A DNA stretch of 63,601 nt, filler included, from Octopus bimaculoides (taxonomy: Eukaryota): the NCBI RefSeq assembly GCF_001194135.2. It is 3 parts of 3 records of this genome, joined end to end, with 100 filler letters (N's around TTAATTAATTAA, not from the genome) between each part and the next. Parts side by side here need not be neighbours in the genome. Positions count along the whole stretch, not along the records: positions 14,750 to 36,944 come from NC_068995.1; positions 37,045 to 63,601 come from NC_068982.1; 1 more part is not named here. One strand, 5' to 3'. Every line of letters begins with the position of its first letter. Position 1 is the stretch's first letter. Positions 28,821 to 40,665 of the stretch are shown piece by piece. Below the pieces are notes generated by a model, which saw nothing but the letters and a program-made list of their open reading frames with translations, searched no databases and was not told where the DNA came from. Position numbers and translations under genes: made by a program.

Positions 28821-30000
28821 CGAACAAATCGACCCCGGTCCAGACTTTGTGGGGTACTTATTCAACTGCCAAAATCCAAAATCCATATGAACCTTGGTGT
28901 TCCATATAAGATTGGTTATACAAATTGGTTATACTTCTACAATACTCAGAATATTTTAACAATTTTTCTTATACAGTTCCTAATGATATTTAATTATAAA
29001 AATATAATAAGAATTTTTTGTTAAACATTGAATAACTGTGAGGGCTCACCTGAGTAAAATAGGAATCAAAGGGATCTATATGTAGAAAATGGTTGAGAAG
29101 CACTGACCTAACTGATTAATTGATTCACTGAACGATTAATCAAATAATCGATTAGTTAATTGATTAAATAGTTAACCAATAACATTATCTAGAAGTGAAA
29201 TGTAACCAGTTTGTGTGTTTATTATTGGTATAATGACCGTCCCGAGATACAGCACAAAATTGCAGTTCTTTCATTGTTTATTATACGCAGAATGTAATAT
29301 ATACGCCATGTTTATTATAATCGCTAAGTCGTCAACTGATTCTCATTAATGACATCTGATCTTATAAGAGTTTTACGATTGGAGTCCGTGTGTCTGTCTG
29401 TTTGTCTTTGTAATCACGGGGAGGATCACTCTACGATGAGCACATCGTTTCCAGTCATAAACTCTATACTTAGCAAAATCGCTAATGGACAACACCAGCG
29501 TTTAACTAGGCAGGATCAAATACCACAAACACCAACAAACACAACAGAAGCAATAAATATAAATTTAAAATCCTATGCGTTCAGTAATAAACTGCAGGTT
29601 TTGCTATAAAAAAAAAATATGTACGAATTTAGCTCCTATAATTACCAGCAAAAGTGTAAAATGAAAAAAAAGTATATTGGTCAACATCTAGTAAATTTTC
29701 TCGCCGGATATTTTATTTTACTTTACTTTTTTAATGTTTTTTTGTGTCAAGTATGTCGGCGGCCATTTACCAACCGGAAGTGAATGTCACCTATGACTTT
29801 ATGACACATAGAGACAGTAACTCAATTAACTGGCCATTCAGTGGACATGAACATGCTGCACACAGTATATTGGAGTTTAGGTATTAAAAGAAATACATGT
29901 AATAAATCTTTGTAAAGTAAGCGTGTGTCAATGCTATAAACGTTTGTTGCACAAATAAATGCGTGCATGTTGCGCGTATGTGTGTGTACGCGCATATACA

Positions 30001-30062
<62 letters not shown>

Positions 30063-30307
30063 NNNNNNNNNNNNNNNNNNNNNNNNNNNNNNNNNNNNNN
30101 NNNNNNNNNNNNNNNNNNNNNNNNNNNNNNNNNNNNNNNNNNNNNNNNNNNNNNNNNNNNNNNNNNNNNNNNNNNNNNNNNNNNNNNNNNNNNNNNNNNN
30201 NNNNNNNNNNNNNNNNNNNNNNNNNNNNNNNNNNNNNNNNNNNNNNNNNNNNNNNNNNNNNNNNNNNNNNNNNNNNNNNNNNNNNNNNNNNNNNNNNNNN
30301 NNNNNNN

Positions 30308-30359
<52 letters not shown>

Positions 30360-32108
30360 CAATAATATATATCTATGTATGTATGTATGTATGTATGTAT
30401 ACACACACACTGGCCACTCGCATAAATGTACGTATGTTACATTAATCTGATGAGTTACTCTACATTTTTGTTGACTACAAATTTGTTATTCTTAAACAAG
30501 AATATTATTGATAGACAGTGATCTCGAAGTTTCGGTCCTGGAGTAATGTGCTGAATGTTTGCATTTACTTTTTGAAAGAGAAGCTCAGTTGCAAAAAGTA
30601 TAATAACGACTTGTCCTTCTTGTCAGAATGCTTTACATCAAAGTGACGTTGGTCAGTGTTTGATGGTAAAGAAGGAACATTGGCAACTAACAGTTCTGAG
30701 GAGAAGGAAGAAATTTAAATGATAAATAATCACTACTGTACTGTTGAAAAATTTTCTTGACTGGAGGCATCAGTAAAGTGATTGCAAAGCAAGATTCTTA
30801 ACCACATACCCATGCCATATCCGATTTTTTTCTTCATTTCAATTTTATTCTTTTTTTTTTTTTGCGGGGTAATCTTTTTTTTTAATTTTTATATTTCTTT
30901 GTCTTACTTTTTTCTACCCGTTGACTTTCTTATCTATTATATAGTCTCTCCTTCTCTTTAATTGTCGTTTTATCTCCACCTTTATATCTTATGGCTACAT
31001 TAGTCGTCATATTTATCTATTTTAAATGTTAAATCTTACATTATAAACGTTCAAATATTTGCATCTCAGTATTGATAAGACTCGCTTTATAATTTTAGGT
31101 AAAGCACAAAAACAAAATGTTTGCAAAAACAGAAGTTAAGATGAAATGATGGATTTAAAACTTCATCATAAAATCTGAAATAAAATGCACTTAGAAATAC
31201 TGACCATTTGCTTTAGAGGTCAATATGGCTTCGGAGGAATAGTTACATGTATCGATGCAAAAATGTTTTTGCATCGAATAACAAAATAATATTTAACCAC
31301 GAGCTAATTTCTGCGCACACTCACAGCAAAACATTAGAGAAATCGTTGGTGTTGATGTGGTCCTTGTTTCTGCCAAAAGATATATTTAATGCATGAAGTG
31401 TCCATAATACATTTATTATACTAATTAAAAATTGATTGTTATGTATATCAGTACTCTTCGCCTTCTTTCGTTTACACGCCTCAATACCATATATTACGAC
31501 TCGTTTTAGTATATCCAGTTCGTTCCTCGGAGTTACACTGTAAATCAATATCAAGAACAGGTTAGCAGGGTTTTTATTATCGATTGTAACGACTTCCAAT
31601 TGTCCTTATCTTTTCTTTGTCCCACTGACGTCTCAAGATAAAAATTGACTGAACTTCTGCCTCGTCAAAAGATATCATTAATGTTTATATATTTGATCTT
31701 CTTCTCTGATGAAGATTAGTCGCCATTTAAAATTAGTGAAGCGAAAGCCTGCCGTAATTGCAAATGTAGACTTCACTAGCAAGTCAGTACTCTCCTGACC
31801 TAAATTTAAATGAAACATTCACCAAAGAGTAATATTGTATGGTAGTAGTACTATAATAACTATTGTCCTAGATTATATAATAAAGTGGAAGGTAACTGCC
31901 TGTTGTTTCAATATGGAATCTATATACAAATTTAAATTAAAATAAGTTTGGATTGCCGGAATCTACAGGGCTTCGGGTGATTAAGTCTATCATTCATAAA
32001 CATTTATCTGAATATACGTGTAAGTGTGTGTGGATGTGTATGAGTGTGTGTGAGTGTGTATGTGTGTGTGCGTGTGTGTGTAGATAAGCACGTATATATG
32101 TATATATG

Positions 32109-32153
<45 letters not shown>

Positions 32154-32983
32154 NNNNNNNNNNNNNNNNNNNNNNNNNNNNNNNNNNNNNNNNNNNNNNN
32201 NNNNNNNNNNNNNNNNNNNNNNNNNNNNNNNNNNNNNNNNNNNNNNNNNNNNNNNNNNNNNNNNNNNNNNNNNNNNNNNNNNNNNNNNNNNNNNNNNNNN
32301 NNNNNNNNNNNNNNNNNNNNNNNNNNNNNNNNNNNNNNNNNNNNNNNNNNNNNNNNNNNNNNNNNNNNNNNNNNNNNNNNNNNNNNNNNNNNNNNNNNNN
32401 NNNNNNNNNNNNNNNNNNNNNNNNNNNNNNNNNNNNNNNNNNNNNNNNNNNNNNNNNNNNNNNNNNNNNNNNNNNNNNNNNNNNNNNNNNNNNNNNNNNN
32501 NNNNNNNNNNNNNNNNNNNNNNNNNNNNNNNNNNNNNNNNNNNNNNNNNNNNNNNNNNNNNNNNNNNNNNNNNNNNNNNNNNNNNNNNNNNNNNNNNNNN
32601 NNNNNNNNNNNNNNNNNNNNNNNNNNNNNNNNNNNNNNNNNNNNNNNNNNNNNNNNNNNNNNNNNNNNNNNNNNNNNNNNNNNNNNNNNNNNNNNNNNNN
32701 NNNNNNNNNNNNNNNNNNNNNNNNNNNNNNNNNNNNNNNNNNNNNNNNNNNNNNNNNNNNNNNNNNNNNNNNNNNNNNNNNNNNNNNNNNNNNNNNNNNN
32801 NNNNNNNNNNNNNNNNNNNNNNNNNNNNNNNNNNNNNNNNNNNNNNNNNNNNNNNNNNNNNNNTATATATATATATATATATATTGACAGAAAAGGCAAG
32901 ACAACAAAAGAATGAAAGAGACCTCGATATTATGTAAATAGAGGAATTAATCTGTAAATATAATATGTGACAATTATTCGGTA

Positions 32984-33053
32984 GCTATGATAAAACTCCG
33001 AGTTTCGGATGTCGGGGCGAAAACCCACGACGGCATCTCTTCAGTTATTAGGC
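32984..33053 (-). ncRNA. Type I hammerhead ribozyme-like motif
   Basis: Minus strand: cctaataa CTGAAGA GATGCCGTCGTGGGTTTTCGCCCCGACATCC GAAA CT-CGG-AGT T TTATCATAG. The core is intact; stem II is out of register by one base; the triplet is GUU. Confidence 0.5.
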
Positions 33054-33064
33054 CATCGATAATG

Positions 33065-33630
33065 CAGTAACGGGGGAAAGAAACAAAGAAATAAAAATGC
33101 CGTAACGTAGAAAGAGATAAACAAAAATGCGGTAACATGGAAATACATAAAGAAAAACGCGGCAACGTACAAAATGATAAGGAAAATACGGTAACGTAGA
33201 AAGAGGTAAGGAAAAATACAGAAGCGTAGAAATAGATTTAAAAAATTAAGGAAATGTAGAAAGAGAAAAAGAAAAATACGGTAACGTAGAAAGTGGTAAA
33301 ACAAAATATGGTAACATGGAAGAAGCAAAGAAAAATGCGGTTTCGTAGAAAGAGACAGAGAAAAATGCAGTAAGGTACAAAGAGGTAAGCAAAATTACTG
33401 TAACGTAAAAAGAGATAAGCAAAAATTGCCGTAACTTGGAAAGAGATGAAGAAAAATGCGGTAAGGTAGAAAGAGATAAAAAGTATGCGGTAACGTAGAA
33501 AAAGGTAAAGAAAAATTCTGTAACGTGGAAAGAGATAAAGAAAAATACGGTGACGTTGAAAGAGAAATGGAAAATACGTTAACGTAAAAAGAGGTAAAGG
33601 GAAATACGGTAACGTAGGAGATAAAGTACG
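33065..33630 (+). repeat. Degenerate ~30-bp minisatellite, roughly 18 units
   Basis: Consensus about GAAAAATRCGGTAACGTAGAAAGAGATAAA, with recurring GGTAACGTAGAAAG cores at about 30-bp spacing. Confidence 0.85.
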
Positions 33631-34145
33631 ATCGAAAACATGAGATATAGAAGCAAAAAAACTAAGAATGAATCAATAATTGAATGAAAGAATGAATGAA
33701 TAAATAAATAAATCAATTAATTAATTAATTAATCAAAGTCACGATGTAAGTAAAAAAATTAAAAAGTTGAAGAGTAGAATGAAATGATGGAACAGAGGGG
33801 GAGAAGTGAGTGGAAAAGAAAATAGAAAAAAATTAAATATACATATACACACAGATATGCTTGTATATGTATGTATGCTTGTACGTACATATGGATGGAT
33901 GGATGGATTGATGGATGGGTCGATCGATCGATCGATCGATAGCTGGATGGATACGCATGTGTATGTGCACAATGTCTACAGAAAATAGAAGTCTGCTCAT
34001 TGAACATTATTTTACCGAATATTTCCCGAAGATAAGATCGTAACACCGAAGTAATGAAATGCATGTTAAAAGTACAAAGCATCACCTTGTAGTATTTCTT
34101 ATAACTTGCTTTGCTGAGGAATTGAAAAAAAATTCATGCATGTGT

Positions 34146-34338
34146 TATTTCTTTACTACCCACAAGGGGCTACACACAGAGGGAACAAACAAGGACAGAC
34201 AAACACGGATTAAGTCGATTATATCGACCCCAGTGCGTAACTGGTACTTATTTAATCGACCCCGAAAGGATGAAAGGCAAAGTCGACCTCGGCGGAATTT
34301 GAACTCAGAACGTAGCGGTAGACGAAATACCGCTAAGC
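34146..34338 (-). mobile_element. tRNA-derived SINE, family B (5' end in a gap)
   Basis: gaaaggatgaaaggcaaagtcgacctcggcggaatttgaactcagaac; homologous to 42342, 43255, 43478 and 44121. Confidence 0.85.
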
Positions 34339-35297
34339 NNNNNNNNNNNNNNNNNNNNNNNNNNNNNNNNNNNNNNNNNNNNNNNNNNNNNNNNNNNNNN
34401 NNNNNNNNNNNNNNNNNNNNNNNNNNNNNNNNNNNNNNNNNNNNNNNNNNNNNNNNNNNNNNNNNNNNNNNNNNNNNNNNNNNNNNNNNNNNNNNNNNNN
34501 NNNNNNNNNNNNNNNNNNNNNNNNNNNNNNNNNNNNNNNNNNNNNNNNNNNNNNNNNNNNNNNNNNNNNNNNNNNNNNNNNNNNNNNNNNNNNNNNNNNN
34601 NNNNNNNNNNNNNNNNNNNNNNNNNNNNNNNNNNNNNNNNNNNNNNNNNNNNNNNNNNNNNNNNNNNNNNNNNNNNNNNNNNNNNNNNNNNNNNNNNNNN
34701 NNNNNNNNNNNNNNNNNNNNNNNNNNNNNNNNNNNNNNNNNNNNNNNNNNNNNNNNNNNNNNNNNNNNNNNNNNNNNNNNNNNNNNTGTATGTAAAATGA
34801 ATGGGAAAAACAGAAAGTAAAACTGTAAAGAAACAACGACAAAAAAAGTGACATGAGGAAAGTGATTGGAAGATCGAGTGGTGTGTATATGTGAGGGAGT
34901 TTAAAGTAGTTTTAATTGATGGAGAAAGTCAAATGAATGATTTACAACAAGTGCCAGCTGATAATCAACTTATCATAGTTGCAACGGAACTGTTAATCTA
35001 TAATTCAAGCAGTTAATCCGATTAGAAGAGACATTATGGTTTTCGGCCAAGCAATACGTTCTCTCAGCCACTAAAACCTCCCCCAGCCCCATCCTGCAAT
35101 GTGAATTTTTTTCGTTTTTACTTCATATTCAGCAGATGATGAATCCTTATTTTCATTTTGATATGAATAAAATCTCAAAGAGAAGCTCAGCAAAGAAAAT
35201 GCAGAGATTTATTCACAAGATCTTGGAATATATATTATTTTTTTGAATCCCAGCACTCCACCTAGATGTAACGTCACTACTGAGAGACATAATAATG

Positions 35298-35360
<63 letters not shown>

Positions 35361-35365
35361 TTAAT

Positions 35366-35734
35366 GGCACTGCACACATCCTACACAAAACACTTTCAAT
35401 ACAGTAACCATAAGAGCATCACAGCAAACCACAGCACATACCCAAGGCACACAGAGCTGCGCTCGGTAGTGAAGTGAAAGCACGTTATAAAAATAAAACT
35501 GCTGAACAATAATAATAATAAAAATATTCAGACAAATGCATAACAAAGACACCAGGACTTACAAATATATATAACATACAGCAAATTGCACTACTGGGCA
35601 CTGCACACATCCTACACAAAACACTTTCAATACAGTAACCATAAGAGGATCACAGCAAACCACAGCACATACCCAAGGCACACAGAGCCACGCTCGGTAG
35701 TGAAGTGAAAGCACGTTATAAAAATAAAACTACT
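35366..35734 (+). mobile_element. Two head-to-tail 5'-truncated R4/Dong-like LINE 3' ends inside an (AAT)n microsatellite
   Basis: 35366-35520 and 35521-35734 share about 150 bp. The second encodes TKTPGLTNIYNIQQIALLGTAHILHKTLSIQ*. (AAT)n lies on both sides and between the copies. Confidence 0.8.
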
Positions 35735-35771
35735 NNNNNNNNNNATAATAATAATAATAATAATAATTAAA

Positions 35772-35834
<63 letters not shown>

Positions 35835-35999
35835 CAAAAATAGATATGAAATAATTGTTCTTGGTAAATTTAGGGCACCTTTTTAAAGCCTTCAGTTACG
35901 ACTGTAAAATGTATGTGTGAGTGTGTGTATACACCCATATATAGAAATATACACATACACATACACACACATATGTATATGTGTATGTATATACATATC

Positions 36000-36570
36000 C
36001 ATATATAGTAGAATAATTTTTAAAAAAGTTCTTAGTACAGTATAATATATTTGAAAAAATGTGTAGGCATGGCTTTTGGGAGGATAATCTTTATGTTAAA
36101 GAAAATGTTTACACTTAGTCTAATGAGTTTCGAGCTTTTCGATAGCCGTTCTCAAACTGAAATTCTGTGGTTTAGAAGGTTGCTTATATAGCAAAAGATA
36201 TTTTTTCTTATAAGTGTAGAAATAAAAAAATAAGAATAGAAAATAAAAGATAGAAAATGAAAAATAAAAAATAATTGAAAGTCAAATAGGGTTTTGGGGA
36301 TTATCTAAGGGGTTTTCGGGATATGTCTTGTGTGGTTATTTAGGTTGTATTGAGGTTTGTGGTAAAATTTGAAAGTATGAAAAACGTGGTGGTTACTTGT
36401 ACCTAAGGCCTAATCATATTTATCTAGTAGTATTGAAGAGTTGTGTTTCAATAAGTGGAACGTCTCTTTTAGGCATAACGTATAGGCTGCGCGTTGACCC
36501 TGGTATGGAAGTCCTGAATCTATTATGGACTATGACAAGATGTAGGAAATATTTCTATTTTTGAGATGAT
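36000..36570 (-). mobile_element. Penelope-like element 3' end (GIY-YIG C-terminal region plus 3' UTR/pLTR)
   Basis: HLKNRNISYILS*SIIDSGLPYQG...TLCLKETFHLLKHNSSILLDKY resembles the PLE C-terminal W.I...PY...C.LCL.E...IL...LLNKR motif. Ends in a TA-rich microsatellite. Confidence 0.65.
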
Positions 36571-36806
36571 GTATGTGACTGGCGAGTTTTGTGGATTTAC
36601 TGTTTCACGTATCTAAAAGAATTGAGATGAGCTGTTTAAAATATTTAGTTGATCCTGTATATATGGTTTTCATATGTATATGTGTATGTCTAAGTACGTG
36701 TGTATGTATTTGTGTGTGTGTGTGTGTGTATGTACGTACGTGTATGCTCATATGCATATATTTATGGGTATGTTTTTGTCTGCGTATATATGTGTGTGTA
36801 TGTGTG

Positions 36807-36837
<31 letters not shown>

Positions 36838-36849
36838 GTATATATTTTA

Positions 36850-36884
<35 letters not shown>

Positions 36885-36944
36885 ATAATAATTTATAATA
36901 ATATTAGGGATAAAATCCAAAATTACAAGTAAAAACTCAATTAA

Positions 36945-37044
36945 NNNNNNNNNNNNNNNNNNNNNNNNNNNNNNNNNNNNNNNNNNNNTTAATTAATTAA
37001 NNNNNNNNNNNNNNNNNNNNNNNNNNNNNNNNNNNNNNNNNNNN
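36945..37044. other. Artificial scaffold spacer (44 N + TTAATTAATTAA + 44 N)
   Basis: Exactly 100 bp, 12-mer at 36989-37000. Confidence 0.9.
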
Positions 37045-37619
37045 AAACATTATGAACTATCTTTCAGAATGGTTTACTTTTCAATGAAATATCATTTTGT
37101 TATTTTTCATGTTTTTATTCAATTTATCTGCAATTTTCTTCTTGTATTAGATGGATAACCCACCCTCCATTTACAGCAAGTAGCGAGCGTCTCGTTTTTT
37201 ACCTGTGTGCTAAATTCGACTACTTACGACTAACGCGTGCGCATGTGCAAATTTGTGACATGCACACTCCCAGAACTTGGATCCACACTTCTCCAGTAGT
37301 GCCAAATTTTGGAACTGAGTTTGCACCCCCTAAGCAAATTTTGTTCCCGGGCCACTGAGTATTAGATAGTTGAAAAGAACAGATAGCACAGTGCTGTAGG
37401 CTGCAAGCAGCAAGCCTGTTATGCATGCAAGACTCCAGGAGTTCCAACAAAACCTGAGATAAAAAGAAATAATAATAAAACTACAGTGAAGATAAATAGT
37501 GAATGAGTTTAATTGACAAAATATGACCATCTCCAAGTACAACAATAACTATTTCAACACACAATTTCACATCAATAATCTTGCAAAACAAATATATAAA
37601 TGATAATAAAATTACTTAC

Positions 37620-38004
37620 CCAAAATGGTCCAAATAAACTGTGGAGAATTGGTAAGGTAGATTGCCACAACATCTCCTTGTTTCATACCACAAGACAACA
37701 TATAGTTTCCTACTCTTGAAGCCATTTTGTTTATGTAATCATATGTATAATGTTGCCCCTCAAAGATAAGCATTGTTTTATTAGGGTATAATGATAGGGA
37801 TTTATCAAAGATAGAAATCATGTTATCTTTAGAAACCAATACCTCTTGACTCTGTTTGAATACTTTCATTCCCATAGCTATCTGTTTCAAATCAAAATAA
37901 GTATTCTTTGCAAGAGGTTTAATGGCTTTTTGCCAAGAGTAATAACCAACAGCACTTGCACATCCTGTGGCAGCAGCCAGTAATAAGGATTTAGGATCCA
38001 TCAT
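37620..38004 (-). CDS. SLC27A: First coding exon of a fatty acid transport protein / very-long-chain acyl-CoA synthetase (SLC27A/FATP family)
   Basis: Translation MMDPKSLLLAAATGCASAVGYYSW...SLYPNKTMLIFEGQHYTYDYINKMASRVGNYMLSCGMKQGDVVAIYLTNSPQFIWTILG has a hydrophobic N-terminal anchor followed by the FATP-type N-terminal AMP-binding segment (P-x-K-x-x-L-I-F-E...T-Y...G-x-x-x-G-D-V-V-A-I...N-x-P...W-x-x-L-G). Donor G|GTAAGT at 37619 (phase 1). Acceptor tcttttctttttctaacag| puts the exon start at 38041, leaving a 37-nt 5' UTR piece. Paralogue number cannot be assigned. Confidence 0.85.
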
Positions 38005-39151
38005 GTTGTTGTTGTTGACAGAATAATGACTGGATTGTAATCTGTTAGAAAAAGAAAAGACAAAGCAATTAGATTGAATTTTCTAACAAGGAAAATTAGT
38101 TTAAGAGCTGGTTTTGTGGTTGTTGTTTTGTTGCTGTTGTGATGGTGTGTGGCCTAGTGGTTAGACTGTTGCCCACACAATCACTAGATCGTGAGTTCGA
38201 TTCTCTGAGTGGGTAGCACGTTGTGTTCTTGAGCAAAGCACTTCATTTCATATTGTTCCAGTCACCCCTTTCAATCAGGGGAGAATATTGGCCAGTAGGG
38301 TAGCGTCATTTGAAGGCTAAAACAGCAATGTGAAACAACATCTGATAGCCTCGTCAGTCACATGGTCATATGAGCACGTGTGTTTAGTGCCAGGCAGGGG
38401 TCTTTTAGTAGCATTATAGGTCCCCTGGTCAAATCAATGCATTGGGCCCTATAGTATTTAAGAGCAACCACAGCATATATAGAGCAGGATTGGACCACAG
38501 GACCTGTAAGACACCTAGGCTACTGCTCAGTGTACCAGTGCCATTAAGAAGACCCTGGTCCTCGGTCTAACTTGATTGAGTGAATCATGACAACTGGCAT
38601 TCTATCTGCAAGTATCCAGTCTTCTTCTTCTCCCTTGCAAACAAAACGTATCTAGAATTACTTTGCCTAATGCATACTTCCTTTTCAACATGGTACTGTG
38701 TAACTTGAAAGAGGTTTTGCTATTGTTTCTAACAAACATAGTAACCCTTTGACGTACACACTTTGAATTTAATGCATAAAAATTAGAAATTGAGAGCTTA
38801 GCATGTGTTACATCACATTTGCAGCCAAAAACAAATGCTTAAAAGGATTAGTGAAAAGAAACACCACATCTCCAAAATTACAAATGGATGACCTTGCTGT
38901 CTATAGTATATATATATATATATATATATAAAAGAGCTTTTACACCAAGACTGTCCCAAAAGATAAGTACTTACCTGGAAACAAAACCATACTTAGGGAA
39001 GACTAGAGAGAATAGGCCAAATGTTGTTAAGATTAATCAATGTCAATGCCATTATTGTATGCAGTAAGGGAAAAAAACAAGAGTTCTGGCATGGTTTGGT
39101 TTGATTAAGAGAAGACCTCTGACAGTGATTCCCCATTTGTAGATTCTTTAA

Positions 39152-39354
39152 CCCTTTAAGATTCAGATTATTCTGCCAAATATAATGCTTTGAAGAAATC
39201 ATGCATTATCTCATTGCTTTGAGATTTCAATGATGTAATGGCTTATTTTTAGAATGGCATAGTAGAGTAGGTGTGAAAGGCCAGATCTGGCCAGTTTGAC
39301 CACAAAACATGTAGAATATTTGGGCTGGAAATGACCAGTTTAAATGCTAAGGGG
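39152..39354. mobile_element. piggyBac-type MITE
   Basis: TTAA|CCCTTTAAG ... CTAAGGGG|TTAA termini with TTAA TSD at 39148-39151 and 39355-39358. Confidence 0.75.
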
Positions 39355-40371
39355 TTAAAACAGTCATGAGTAAAGTAGCAATACAAATATACTCTAAAAT
39401 GAAAACAAAACCGATTTTTAGAAAAATATTTCTTCTTTCTGGGGTTGGAACCTTAAAATACTCTTGATACCAACCCATCTGAAACTGTTTCTGATTCTAA
39501 GATACAAACTTCCTAATTTAAAGTAACCTAAATTAAAATCTTTCATCAAAATTCTATATTAATTTATTCTCCAAACATCAGCTTAATATTGATAAAAAAT
39601 ACCTCAATATGTTCTCTGTAATTTTCAAGGTAAATTGAAATATAGATAATGTATTCCAACAGAAATATATTAAGAAAAAGATTAAAACGTGTTAAACCAG
39701 AATGTATCTTGATACAGATGCTAAGTAGTCACAATAATCTTTATATGGATGATCTCAAGCTCTATACTGGATATATCAAACAACTAGATATCTGTTATAT
39801 GATGCAAATTCATTAAGAAATTTGATCTGAAATTCAGCTAATAAAAATATATCTAAAGCCACTTTGACAGGTAGAAAACAACCTACAGTCATTGATAGCA
39901 TATTAAATAAACAAAGATAAGAGAATATGATCAAGGTCAGATAAAAAGTAGGAATTAATGAACAAGATAGAACATCTACAGATATAGAAAATAAAAGGTT
40001 ATTAAGGAATATTATAGACATATTAGATTGATATTTAAAGCCAAACTAAATGCTAAAAATTATAAATTAGGTGTCAATGACCAAATGATAATTTATAGTT
40101 ATGATACTTTCAGCCTTGAAGTTAAGAAAATTAGTAGGACAAGGAAAACAATTTCTACTATAGGTAAGAGGCTGAAATTTTGAGGGAGTAGCCAGTCAAT
40201 TACATAGACCCCAGGGCTACACTGGTACTTATTTTTACTGACTCCCAAAGGCAAAATCGATACTTATAAAAGAAAATAAGGAAAATAAGCCCCGGGGTCA
40301 ATTTGTTCGACTAAAACCAGCATGGCCACAGTCTAGAGACTGAAACAAATAAGACATATACCTATATATAT

Positions 40372-40665
40372 CATCATCATCATCGTTTAACGTCCGCTTT
40401 CCATGCTAGCATGAGTTGGACAATTTGACTGAGGACTGGTGAACCAGGTGGTTACACCAGGCTCCAATCTGATTTGGCAGAGTTTCTACAGCTGGATGCC
40501 CTTCCTAACGCCAACCACTCTGAGAGTGTACTGAGTGCTTTTACGTGCCACTGGCACGAAGACCAGTCAGGCAGTACTGGCAACGGCCACACTCAAAATG
40601 GTGTATTTTACGTGCCACCTGCACAAGAGCCAGTCCAGCGGCACTGGCAACGATCTCGCTCAATG
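40372..40665 (-). mobile_element. Retroposon 3' end with (GAT)n tail
   Basis: catcatcatc.tttaacgtcc...ctggatgcccttcctaacgccaaccactctgagagtg; same family as 55643-56075. Confidence 0.7.

Noticed and set aside
30447-30545. CTGATGA plus a nearby gtttcg as another hammerhead
   Set aside because: The core and GAAAC lie on opposite strands and no stems connect them.
31321-31545. Branch point and acceptor-like signal with a short open frame on the minus strand
   Set aside because: The peptide is unrecognisable and unrelated to FATP; cannot be supported without RNA data.
31706-31790. CTGATGA...GCGAAAGC as a hammerhead
   Set aside because: No convincing stem II, stem III or NUH site.
37220-37455. 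Possible exon 2 of SLC27A (acceptor ttttatctcag, donor GTAAGT)
   Set aside because: The frame compatible with the phase-1 donor stops after about 11 codons; the open frame has no FATP similarity.
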